Shown piece after piece: positions 51,948 through 64,000 of a stretch of 64,000 bases of DNA. This DNA comes from Lytechinus pictus (lineage: Eukaryota): positions 18,230,001 through 18,294,000 of the forward strand of contig NC_087250.1 of assembly GCF_037042905.1 (NCBI RefSeq). The letters run 5' to 3'. The notes under the pieces are model-generated. The model was not told the DNA's origin, made no database searches, and was given only the letters and a program-made list of their open reading frames with translations. How positions within the stretch are numbered: the first letter of the stretch is position 1; the number at the start of each line of letters is the position of its first letter. Both the position numbers and the translations under genes were made by a program.

Positions 51948-54900
51948 TGGTGTATACCATTTACCAAAAGAAAGAATCACCAGTCATTCTTAAAGTCGCT
52001 CTTAACTTACGAACAGCTTTAGGAAACACCCACCAGGTTACCATTGAAGGTGGCCACTGATATATGGGTTTTCTAATTCTGAGGAAGAGAGTTCCGCTTG
52101 CAGGAAATAAAACCTTACTTCTTTAACGGATCAGCGTATCTTCGCGATCCGTTTAAAAAACTATAGTATTACTTAAATATTTGACATACTTAATTACAGC
52201 TATCGCCATTATATATATATATGTATTTAATACAATAAGAGATAGTTTGTATAAATATACCTAAATGTTAAAAGATTTATTCCTCAAAATCATGCAATCT
52301 AAAATTATTACTCATACATATTACATTTAAAAAATCGTAACCTTTTTAATTTGTCAAAATGAACATACACAAACTTTAAACAATTTTCAACTCTGAATTT
52401 TAAATGAAATGGAGAGCCATTTTGTTTTAATCGTATTTCAGTATTTATTTTTTAGAGTTGTAATCGATAGATCATATTATATAATAGGTAGAATCTATAT
52501 TTTTTGGTGGGGTTGTTAATTCTACATAAAAACAATAAATTAACAAATATTAAAATTTCTGTTGTAGAATTTTTGTAAAAAACTAACATTAAAGTTACAA
52601 TAAAAAATCCCAAAAATAGATAAATCAACAGCTGATTAGCTGTCAACTGCTAACCATGCCATACGCTCCCTTTCTTTTCTAATATTGATTTCTGTAACGC
52701 TTTCTATACTACCTCTCATTGATCGTCCCCAGCACCTACACAATTGGGCTTCTCGTCATTTATAATCCGCCGTGACACACTTCCTGAACCACTGTTCTAT
52801 AAATTGCACTGGCTCTCTATTAGACATTGGATTATTTTGAAATTGCTTCGTTTTGAATACAAATCACTACATAAACTATCCCCCAAATTACTTGTCTGAT
52901 TGTTTAGAAATTTACATCCCAGGTAGAAGAACTAGATCCTCTGAAGACCCACTTAAATCAACATATCCAACTGAAAGAAAACAGACCAGAAACATAACAT
53001 TATTTAATATGTCATTCTGTTCTATGGTTTTTTTTATAAATAAGTTAAACTGAAATTGCGCGCAATTTTCTGCCATGTGGGAAAAGCTCGATATAAATAT
53101 CTTATTATTATTGTTATTATTATTATTGTTATTATCATTATTTTTTATTATTATTTTCATTATTATTATTATTTGTATTATTATTTTTTTTCTATTTTTA
53201 GCATTCCATTGGCGAATCATTTATAGTGGATGTTCCACCAAGCGTGATATCTTGTCCTTCATATCTTATATACAACTTTTTTCAAAAAATACTTTTGTGG
53301 ATCTAGCCCTATTGGCCAACAAACTGAAATGAATCTAACCTCTTTTGAAAATAACGATATTTTTTCTTTGTCTTTTTTGTTTTGTTTACTTTTTAATGGG
53401 AATTTCAACTTTGTTTTGATATTATCTTATCGGGGCTTCCTTGTATTTTTATATTGTAAGTAAATCATATGTAACAGTATATTGATCTAGGTTTTTTTCT
53501 AAAACGGACCAGCATAATTCCTCAGTCCGCGACAAAGTTGGTTGAATAAATTTTGACGTATTTCGTTTTTAAGATATCTGAAAAGGATATATATATAATA
53601 TATTATAATAAAAAAACGTTTATTAAAATGTACCCACATTCCAAAATATCATACATTTAAATTCAGAGAATTTAAAAATATTAATCATGTTTAATACATT
53701 TTTAAAAAAAAATCAAATTATTTATATGAACATGAACAATTTTTTCGATTTTTTTTTTACACTGAATTTAAAATGAACTATAATACCGATTTTTCTTTTT
53801 ATCGTAGTTCGCTATTATATTTTAGACTTGTAATCGATAGATCAAATTCAATAAGAGGAAGAACATTAATATTCTGCATCAAAATCATCAATTAACAAAT
53901 GTTAAAATATCTGTTGTAGGTCAATGTTAAGACTGACATAAAATTTACAATAAAGAATCTTAAGAATAAATGAATTAATAGATGATTATTCATTGCATTC
54001 TGTTGGCGAAACATTTACAGTGGACGTTCATCCAAGCGTCATGAAGCTTTGCTTTAATAAAGGTAGAAAAATACTGGCGAAGGTCTGGTGAAACTCCATA
54101 AAAAAGATGGTTAAGCTTTGTTTTAAGTTTTTTATTAAAGAAGTCATGTGCGAGCAGCATTCCCGAATATTAGTGAATTCTATTTGTTTTGATATTATTT
54201 ATGACGAATACAAATATTGTTCTTATAGAAAGTTCCGTCATGAACTGTTGTGTCTGATGACGAATTCGTGTTTTTCCAGAGGGGGGCACATTTTTTCTAG
54301 GAAAATAAATTTACAAATATTATTGAATATCAATTGAAGTTCCATGGTAAGACTGACATGAAAGTGCAATAAAAAAATATACAAAGTATGTAGACTAATA
54401 AATTATCTATTTGGTTGGTTGGTGTTGGAGTTAAGTTGGCGCTCTTCAATCTGGTAGATTATCTGCTTGGCGACTTAATTATTGTGGACGTTTGAACAGG
54501 TGTCGTGAAGTTCGCTTTAATAAGAGGGGGAAAATAGAAAAATATTGGTGAAGGTTTTGTGAAGAAATCTTTCCAAGAAAGAGAGTTGTAATGAATTTCT
54601 AAAGCTTTTAATTTGTGACGTCATGCACCATCCCATATAATATGAGCAAACTGTATTAATATGCTTAAAATTCATCGTTATATATCAGCAATTTTCACAT
54701 TTTTCAACCTGGTGTCGAAACGAACGAAGAACTTCAATTTGCTTTGTGGTAATATTCAAGTACTACTGGGTAGAAATGCAAAAAATTGAATACCAAGAAA
54801 ATTACATTTGTTTTATCATAGACAAAATTAATATTTCATTGCAAAAGCAGTCGGCTAGGAAACTAGAAATAAGAGCAACCTTGCTATTTCTACAGGCCTG

Positions 54901-56440
54901 GTTCATAACTGGCCCGTTACAAAATTGTTACTAAAATTAGTATCTTAAAACTAATTTATTGGCACAATAACATGTATATATAACTTATTTAATATATTTA
55001 AAAAATAGTTAAAATAAATTAAGCTATTCCTTAAAAGATTATTCCTTTAAAGTCATAAAATCTGATATATTACTCATACATATAAATTTATTAACAAAAA
55101 TTACGTTTTTTAATCTTCATGTTTGTCAATGGTGAGTCTCCATCGACATTTTAAACCTTTCAACACTGAATTTGAGACGAACTCTTGAAACATGTTTTGA
55201 AGTTAATCGTAGTTCTGTGTTTTGTAGACCCGTAATCGATTAATAAGATTTTAGAAGCAAGCATTTCCCCCCCCCCCCCCATTTTATTCCACATCAGAAT
55301 CATACATTTACAAATATTATTAAATATCAATTGAAGTTCCATGGTAAGACTGATATGAAAGTACAATAAAAAATAATATTGAAAGTAAATATACTAATAG
55401 ATATTATCTATTCCATCCTCTTGGCGACTTAATTATTGTGGACGTTCGAACAGGTGTCGTGAAGTTCGCTTTAAAGATAAATTCCAGTTCTGGTAACGAT
55501 CTCAAAATGACTTTTTACAGAATCTAATATAATGACCACCCAAGTGTCTGTTTGTATGAATAAAAAATATGTGCCAAAGGATTCTGAAAGAAATTGTGTA
55601 ATTGCTGAGAAATAAGCAAAATAAACGCGGATTCAGTCACTTCCGTCGGGTCTTTATTCCAGCAATAATAATTCACTGTCCCATGTGTGCCTATCTGTGT
55701 TGGTGATCTTCAGTGTGAACATTTTTCAGCGTAGATTTCAAGATTTCACAAAGTTCAGTTTATGTAACTGTACCAGATCTAGATCCTCGATGATATACTG
55801 ACAATTACGCCTGGTTTTACAGACTTTCTCATGAAATCAGTGTTTACTGCAACTACTGGCATTTCTCTTTAATAAGAGGGGGAAAAATAGAAAAAATATT
55901 GGTGAATTTTTTGTGAAGAAATCTTTCCAAGAAAGAGAGTTATAATGAATTTCTGAAGCTTTTGATTTGTGACGTCATGCACCATTCCCATATAATATGA
56001 GTAATCTCCCCATACAAATTTGCAGTGCCAACTGTCTTAATACATTTAAAGTTATGTTTAGAGGTCAAGTCCACCTCAGTTAAGTGTAGATAAGAATCAA
56101 TGGTAAAACCAGACAAGCAAAATGCTGAAATTTGTGGAGGACACTCCAACCCGGTTTTGAATCGATTACTTTATGATGGGAGAATATAAAAATAAGAATA
56201 AAAGAGCTTTCAATTTGCCATGGGGTAAGAAGGGCCAAGGAAAGACGAAGTCGATTGCAGAAATTGCAACACTTCTCAATTCAGCATTAACACGATTTGC
56301 CTAAGGCAGTCTACTTTTCTCAAATCTGGACCTGACTACCAGGAATGTTTTCAGAGGGCCGTTTCATAAAGCTGTTCGTAAGGTAAGAGCGACCTTAAGA
56401 ACGACTGGTGAACCTTTCTTACGCGCTAAACCATCGCCAA
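51948..56440 (+). repeat. Host tandem repeat copy 2 (~4.49 kb, lacks the giant insertion)
   Basis: tggtgtataccatttaccaaaagaaag at 51948 recurs at 56441. Confidence 0.92.
55475..55868. mobile_element. Kolobok-like MITE, duplicated together with the host repeat
   Basis: Same position and ends as 51078-51472. Confidence 0.85.
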
Positions 56441-57188
56441 TGGTGTATACCATTTACCAAAAGAAAGGATCACCTTAATTTCGCACTTAAAGTATACACA
56501 CAAAGAAAATTCACGAAAGTGATGATTATAGACAAATTATATATGAATGGAAAGGTCTTGTCTTTTTATACACAAATATGTCACTAAAAAGTCTTATCGA
56601 TGTCGTGGAAATGCAAGAAATGAAATTATTAGAGACCATTCTAAGCCCCCCAGCCGCCCCCCAGACCGACAGTTCACGCAGTGAAAACAGTCGAGAATAA
56701 TGACGTCACACAATAATCGAGCTCATCATCCCTCTGTGCATAATACACTGAATCACCTTACTGACCTCTTCAATATCTTCCGAATTTACCGTTTTCTTCA
56801 TGTAATGTGACATCCGAATTCTGTTTTCGACAACTTCAGACTATAAGGGAACCAGAACTGTGTTATTTTGCCCGTTTTTTATTGAATTGTGAACTGGAAA
56901 GATCGATTTTGTCCACTCGACAGTCTTCGTTGTGTTGCTCTACTAACTATTGAAAAACTCCAAGCTGCACGGTCCCATTCACTTGCTCCCGATGCATGTT
57001 GCAGGCTACGCTGTTTGATCCAGTCAAAAGTCAAGGTAAGCATGTTTGGAAACTGTACTTGTTCTGACGATGCATTCAGGTCAGATGACAGATACAGATC
57101 TGATGTAAGTTTAGAATCATGCATTTTGGCATAACTACTATTAAAATTAAAAAGTTTTTATTTTAGAAATAATGTTTTTGTACAATTC

Positions 57189-57807
57189 CACCCAAGGCAA
57201 GGGTTCATTACATGCCGCCACGCACAGAAAAATCAAGCCATAGAAGTCGTGTGTTGTGGACCCAAGAAGTGAGATCCCAGACGCCTCCAGGCTAAGCACG
57301 CGCGACCCACTAGTTAGAAATCCACTGCCAAACGCGGTTCGTGGTGCGGGGTTAGTATACTTAATACGTGTGAGTGGCACAATTCCAGCAGATTTTTTCT
57401 TCAGATTTCTAAAACTGGTCAGGACTCAGGCAGGCAATTAAATTATTTAGGAGCACTGAGCTGAGTGGTATGGACCATGGCTGAAAATCTGCTGTTTCAG
57501 AGGAATGTTTAAGTTTTTATTATACACAGAATTATATCACCATGATGCCGATGTCATGAAGCCAGACAAATTTTCAGCAGTGATTACCCTGATTCCTGGC
57601 CAAAATCACTCACACGTATTGCGAGGTTAGTATTAGTATACTACTAGTACGTATTGCGAGGTTAGTATTAGTATACTAACCACGAACCGCGTTTGGCAGT
57701 GGATTTCTAACTAGTGGGTCGCGCGTGCTGGGATCTCACTTCTTGGGTCCACGACTTCTATTGCTTGAATTTTCTGTGCGCGGCGGCATGTAATGAACCC
57801 TTGGGTG
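57189..57807. mobile_element. Nested foldback MITE with ~140-180 bp arms and CAC...GTG ends
   Basis: 57189-57367 is the reverse complement of 57666-57807 apart from short indels. There is a ~35-bp tandem duplication near 57615-57680. Confidence 0.8.
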
Positions 57808-57917
57808 GGCCAAAATTAGAGTCTGGTGTTTCTTTCTGATTAGAGTGTTGCTGCATATATGTATGCGTAATGCCTTCAACAATGAAGATAAATGCAATCT
57901 TTGTAATGACACAGAGA

Positions 57918-58106
57918 CTCAGAGAGCACCGTACCTCAAGTGATGTTCGTGTAGTCTCCACTTCACTACTGGAGTACTGCTACAGCCTACACTACGCTAC
58001 ACACTTACCCGGGTAGGTGTGGCGTACATGTACGGTAGTGTAGCGGTAGTGAAGTGGAGTGGGGCCTACACAAACATCACTTGAGGTAGAGCACCAGTGT
58101 TCTGAG
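57918..58106. repeat. Imperfect palindrome (MITE-like)
   Basis: tacctcaagtgatgtt / aacatcacttgaggta and ctccacttcactac / gtagtgaagtggag form nested stems. Confidence 0.75.
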
Positions 58107-59057
58107 TGGAACTTTTCAGGTGTCTAAACCTACTATCATTTGTTGTTGACCGGGAATTACATGCCACCGCACGTCATCAATCATCACGATAATTAAATTC
58201 ATACTTTGATTTGATTATTTAAACTATTTCTTTTTTTCTCTCTTCTACACACAGATCTGCACAATTGCTAACTCTGGTGACTTCTGGTCTCTGCTTGCTA
58301 CCTCAATCTGGGAGATTCCATCATGTCCTTTTACTATGATTTGGATATAGCCATTTTTTTCTTCACTCTTTCCAGGACCTACGGTTTGCAAGTTGTGGAA
58401 TGATAATGATACAAAAGAAAAAATTTCTTTATCAATCTTGGAAACAATTTTTGAGCACAGTTTTGGAGAGAACTAAGAAATTTTACTCGGACAGGAATAC
58501 AGCTTGTCAAAAATAATAACACACAATTTAAAACGAAAGAACAATTTTAATGTTACTAGGGCATTTTGCGAGAAATGTTATACTCAATCACACGTCCCAA
58601 ATCAAGGGAAAGTCCTTTGATTAAACATGTAGTTGAATTGCGATTGCAACTCGACCTTATTACGCTTGAATTTGAATTTAAGACTTACGCTTGATTTGCA
58701 ATTGAACATAAGTTTCTTGCAGTGCCCCATAATTATGTTTTGTTATCAGATATTTAACGTGCTGATTTTTCTCGAAAGGTATAATATATTTGTCCTTTTA
58801 AACGGTATTTGAATATGGGTACGCCTTTTATTTGTTTTCCACAATATTTATCGCATGTATGAACAGAAGTGAAATATTTATTGTGAAGCACTGTGAATGT
58901 TGTGTGATGGTTCATCATCAGACTGAAAGCCTGGTGGATGTGAGGAAGTGGCCTGGATGAAAGAAAAGTGAACATGTGTCCAATTACTGATTTGCATATT
59001 CTAAGACAATTTTGTTTCTGGATAAATTTTGCTATGCATTCCCTACATTAAGAGTAA

Positions 59058-59387
59058 AGGAGAAGTCCACGCAATCAAAAATTCATTTGAATTTAAAGAA
59101 AAATAACAAGATATTGCAGGAAATTTCATAAAAACTTTGATTCAAATTTATATAATTACTATTTTAACAGTTCCGTAAATATAACCTATTGTGATCAGAT
59201 GAAGAGTTTCCTATCGTCAAATCTGCAAAGAATAAAAAACAAAATGCCACAAAAAATAGAAACGAATGTGATGTGAGTGACAACTCTGATTTGCATATCA
59301 TTGTTTTGTGTATATGACTGTTTTGAGTAAAAACAACAAGAGAAATCACTCTATTCAAATAATTTTTAGTTGATGTGGACTTGACTT
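59058..59387. mobile_element. Degenerate Kolobok-like MITE nested in the 3.85-kb element
   Basis: taa|aggagaagtccac ... gtggacttgactt|ttaa. The interior resembles 7930-8183. Confidence 0.55.
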
Positions 59388-60342
59388 TTAACTCTACCCC
59401 TCCCATCCCAAATAAGAGTAGAAATAATCTAATCAAGAACTTGAAAATCAAAAGCAGCAATTAAGAAGCAAGATTTGATAAATACAGGTCTGAATAGAAT
59501 TTCACAAGAAAATAAAAAGAGAAAAAAAAGATGGGTAGGGACGGGGAAGGAATAAAAAAAAAATACCCAGAAAAAAAAAATCAGAGTTTCGAACCAGGGT
59601 CCTCGCACATGACAAAACAATGGCCAACGCATTTGGCCACAGACCATCGCCCTAACAGGAAGGCATTTTTAAGATATATGAAAGAAAGTCCGCTCGCCGC
59701 TGTTTCCTAATAATGCTTCGGCAATTCAACTGCAATTTCAGTCATTTCGCGATGGATATTGCCGTGTTTTTTTTTGTGATTCCTGACTTTGCTACTTAAT
59801 GAAATTTCATAATTTTTGTTCAGTCATAAAGAAGAATGTCTATGCTTTATATTGACTATAACATTAATGTGACGCAAGTGTGATTTCTACGTGAAAATAT
59901 GCTTTGTTTATTCACCTATATTTCTTGAAAAAAAAAAAAATTCTAAGCTAAATATCGGTCACCAAAATACGTTAAATGTGCACTTTTTTTCACTGTTCAG
60001 TAAATTCAAACTTTTATCTATATAACAAGACCAATCTTAAGAGGAATAAACAATTCTAAGAGCAAAAAACGCTGATTGGAAAGATCGTCTCCAATGGGCT
60101 GCTGTCAGCTCAGCTGCTCACTGCTCATTGTGTGACGTCACTCAGCTGGAGCTCGCAAGAGGACCGGTGGAAGGCAGAAATATGGCATGAAAATAAATCA
60201 TTTTTGAGAGCTGATTTCTGCAATCTCTGATCACTATTTTGAAAAGTGAAGTTATATATCTGATTAGTAATACTTCCCCTTTACAATGATGACCACATAA
60301 AGTCATTATAAAATACTTTTGATTCTTTGGATGTATACTTTA

Positions 60343-62600
60343 ACTTACGAACAGCTTTAGGAAACACCCACCAGGTTACACTTGAAGGTGGCCACTGATA
60401 TATGGGTTTTCTAATTCTGAGGAAGAGAGTTCCACTTGCAAATTGAAACCCTTACTTAATTTACGAATCAGCGTATCTTCGCGATCCGTTTCAAAAATCC
60501 TAGTATTATTTAAATATTTGACATACTTAAATACAGTTATCGCCATTATATATATATATATTTAATACAATAAGAGATAGTTTGTATAAATATACCTAAA
60601 TGTTAAAAGATTTATTCCTCAAAGTTATGCAATCTAAAATGATTACTCATACATATTACATTTAAGAAATCGTAACCTTTTTAATTCGTCAAAATGAACA
60701 TACACAAACTTTAAACAATTTTCAACTCTGAATTTTAAATGAAATGGAGAGCAATTTTGTTTTAATCGTAGTTCAGTATTTATTGTTTAGAGTTGTAATC
60801 GATAGATTATATTATATAAAAGGTAGAATTTATATTTTTTGGTGGGGTTGTAAAAAAAAGTTAATTCTACATAAAAACAATAAATTAACAAATACATGTA
60901 TTAAAATTTCTGTTGTAGAATTTTGTATGAAACTAACATTAAAGTTACAATAAAAAATCCCAAAAATAGATAAATCAACAGATGATTAGCTCTCATCTGC
61001 TGACCGTGCCATACGCTCCCTTTCTTTTCTGATATAGATACTCGTCTTTTATATCCCGCCGTGACACATCAGTCCTGCTAAACCCTTGTTCTATAAATTA
61101 CACTGGCTCCCTATTAGACATTGCATTATTTTGAAATTGGTTCGTTTTGTATACAAATCACTATATAAACTACCCCCCAAAATACTTGTCTGATTGTTTA
61201 GAAATTTACATCCCAGGTAGAAGAACTAGATCCTCTGAAGACCCACTTAAATCAACATATCCAACTAAAAGAAAACAGACCAGAAATAGAACATTATTTA
61301 ATATGTCATTCTGTTCTATGTTTTTTTGTATAAATAAGTTAAACTGAAATTGCGCGCAATTTTCTGCCATGTGGGAAAAGCTCGTTATAAATATCTTATT
61401 ATTATTGTTATTATTATTATTGTTATTATAATTATTTTTTATTATTATTTTCATTATTATTATTATTTGTATTATTTTTTTTTCTTTTTTAGCATTCCAT
61501 TGGCGAATCATTTATAGCGGACGTTCCACCAAGCGTGATATCTTGTCCTTCATATCTTATATACGACTTTTTTCAAAAAATACTTTTGTGGATCTAGCCC
61601 TATTTGCCAACAAACTGAAATGGATCTAACCTCTTTTGAAAATAACGATATTTTTTCTTTGCCTTGTTTTTGTTTTGTTTACTTTTTAATGGGAACTTCA
61701 GCTCTGCTTCGGTAGCATCTTATCGGGCTTCCAACTATTTATATATTGAAATAAGAAACAAATCATTTGCAGTGACATCTTGAAATAATTTTTTTCCTCA
61801 TACGGACGAGGATAATTCCTCGGCCCGTGGCAAAATTTATTGATTATTTTCGTAAGATTTCAATTCTCCAATAAATATTCATGTATAAATATTTAATATA
61901 AAATAATTAAAAAACAGTTTACATAAATTCACCTACATTTTGAAAAAGAATTCCTCCAAAGTCATAAAATCTAAAAATACTACTCATACATAATACATTT
62001 TTAAAGTAATTTGTCACTTTTTAGTTCATTTACATGAACATAAACAAACAATTGAAAATTTTTAACACTGAATTAAAAATGAAATATAGATATATGTTTT
62101 TGTTTTAATCGTAGTTCGGTAATTATATTTTAGACTTGTAATCGATAAATCAAATTTTATCACAGGAAGAACATTAATTCTGCATCAAAATCATCAATTA
62201 TCAAATGTTAAAATATTCTGTTGCAGGTCAATGTTAAGAATGACATAGAATTTACAATAAAGAATCTTCAAAATAAATTAATTAATAGATGATTATTCAT
62301 TGCATTCTGTTGGCGAAACATTTACAGTGGACGTTCACCCAAGCGTTAGTATGTTTTACTTTGATAAAGGTAGAAAATACTGGCAAAGGTTTGGTGAAAC
62401 TCCATAAAAAAAGGGTTAAGCTTTGTTTCAAGTGTTTTATTAAAGAAGTCATGTGCGAGCAGTATTCCCAAATATTAGTGAATTCTATTTGTTTTGATAT
62501 TTTATATGACGAATACAAATATTGTTCTCATAGAAAGCTGTGGTATGAACTGTTGTGTCTGCTGGCGGATTCATGGGGGGCACATTTTTTCTAGGAAAAT
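60343..62600 (+). repeat. Host tandem repeat copy 3 (partial, more diverged)
   Basis: Collinear with 10432-12717. Homology stops after gggggcacattttttctaggaaaat. Confidence 0.9.
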
Positions 62601-62983
62601 TTGACAAGCAAAAAAATAAAAATCAGTCCAGGATCACAAATATTTCATATGACTCTAAGAGGGGGGGATTACACTTGTGTATACCGGCAAAGTTGCATTG
62701 AAAATATTGAATATGGCTCTCAAAAGGGGGGGGGGGGTACGAACTGGATGTACCCCCTCCCCCCACCGGATCCGCCACAGGCATGTCAGATGATATTTCC
62801 AACGCAAATATAAAATCACTGGAGAAGCTTTGATAATTTTTTCCCCGCGGGAGGGGGGGGGGCGGTGCCCGTTGTCTTCTCTCTCAGTATTTTTTTTTCG
62901 AAAATGACCATTTTGATCCCTTATATGATACACGTCATTGTAAGAAAATTCCTAAAGTATTAACCGATCACAAACTTTATTTT

Positions 62984-63560
62984 GAGGTGCCGTGGCCGAG
63001 TGGTCTTAAGGCGACCGCACACCTTACGACTGGTCTGCGACCCGATTTAGGAACAAATCGCATTTTGCTCATTTTCTAAAGATGTGAATGGAACATATCA
63101 TTTTATTTGAGGTTGAAATTAATTGAAATAACAATATTATAACAATTTTGAAAGATTGCAAGCCCTTATTTTGGAGTAAAGTCCAAATTAGGTTCAAATC
63201 GTAGCCAATCGTAAGACTGCTATGACGTCATTACGACTAGATATTAAATTCGCTTTTATTCTAAGAAGGATGATAGCATAGTCACAAATTTGATCGTAGG
63301 TATTCGTACGATGATTTCGAACATTACACAGTAAGATATTCCAAGTCTCAATATTAGCATCAAATTCTATTACATTTTATTCTGAAATCGGGTCGCAGAC
63401 CAGTCGTAAGGTGTGCGGTCGCCTTAAGGCGCCTGGCTATACATGGAAAGTCCGGGATTCGATCCCCGGCCGCGGCACCTATGCCCGTGAGCAAGGCATG
63501 TAATCCACAATGCTCTTTTATCTTGCTTTTAAATAAATGGAAATGCTATATGCATTATTG
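62984..63560 (+). mobile_element. tRNA-derived SINE interrupted in its A-box region by a MITE
   Basis: gaggtgccgtggccgagtggtc[ttaa]ggcgcctggc...gggattcgatcccc...cggcacct, then cccgtgagcaaggca, as in the SINE body at 421-691. Confidence 0.75.
63010..63423. mobile_element. MITE with a perfect 39-bp TIR flanked by TTAA (Harbinger- or Kolobok-type)
   Basis: ttaa|ggcgaccgcacaccttacgactggtctgcgacccgattt ... aaatcgggtcgcagaccagtcgtaaggtgtgcggtcgcc|ttaa. Confidence 0.9.
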
Positions 63561-63825
63561 GTAATTAGGTGTGCACTTGTTTTTTTGTTTTGTTTTATCG
63601 ATCCGTCATCGATTCAAAATATTGTCGATTCCTCTAAAAAAAAACCATAAGATTGAACACATTTTTTTTTATTATTGACACAGTCAGGGACAAAAATGAT
63701 TTTTCTATTATTTGTAATATTACAAAGAAATCGAAATTTCAATGCAATTTATTTTTTTTTTTAATAAAAAGTTTAAATTTATGAAGAAAGACAAATTGAC
63801 GCTTTTCAATTCAATCAAATGTATA

Positions 63826-64000
63826 GGCCCGAATTCACAAAGGTCGACTAAAGTTATACCCGGGGTATAAAACGCGTCATTTGACGTCATTTTAATCCAT
63901 GGACTAAAGTTAGCACCTAGGGGCTAACTTTTGCGATTCACAAAGGTCGACTAAAGTTATACCGGGGTATAAAACGCGTCATTTGACGTCACGATTTAGT
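63826..64000 (+). repeat. Start of an element with an ~104-bp internal tandem repeat, cut by the window edge
   Basis: attcacaaaggtcgactaaagttatacc(c)ggggtataaaacgcgtcatttgacgtca occurs at ~63832 and ~63936. Confidence 0.65.

Larger units (their letters stand above)
56491..60339. mobile_element. Non-autonomous Kolobok-like DNA transposon (3,849 bp) inserted at the start of host copy 3
   Basis: ttaa|agtatacacacaaagaa ... ttctttggatgtatact|ttaa (17-bp TIR, 2 mismatches, AG...CT ends). The empty site gtcgctcttaacttacgaac is at ~51995. Confidence 0.82.

Noticed and set aside
59580..59652. tRNA gene on the minus strand
   Set aside because: It has a B-box-like ggttcgaaac, but I could not fold a proper cloverleaf. 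It is more likely a SINE or tRNA relic.

Overview
AT-rich, gene-free eukaryotic genomic DNA made almost entirely of nested repeats. The repeat repertoire suggests a marine invertebrate such as a sea urchin (inference only). The dominant structure is a 37,241-bp composite element (13221-50461) with TATG...CATA ends and a 6-bp target duplication (gtcggc/ctcggc). Its empty site is visible in a sister copy of the host repeat at ~54850. It has ~1.75-2.0 kb inverted arms and encloses a 25.4-kb, ~230-copy array of a 110-bp satellite with higher-order structure. Its left arm is interrupted by a 6.9-kb element with no recognisable coding sequence and an A1...B1-A2...B2 split-direct-repeat layout (Ngaro/PAT-type tyrosine-recombinase retrotransposon architecture). 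The internal B/A junction of that element carries the same AATAA core found at both insertion borders. The composite sits in the first of three tandem ~4.4-kb host repeats, and the third is split by a 3.85-kb TTAA-flanked Kolobok-like element. The rest is decayed LINEs (RTE-like, CR1/L2-group), tRNA-derived SINEs and several MITEs. I found no intact host gene, transposase, recombinase or complete RT. All alignments were done by eye, so coordinates of degenerate ends are approximate.
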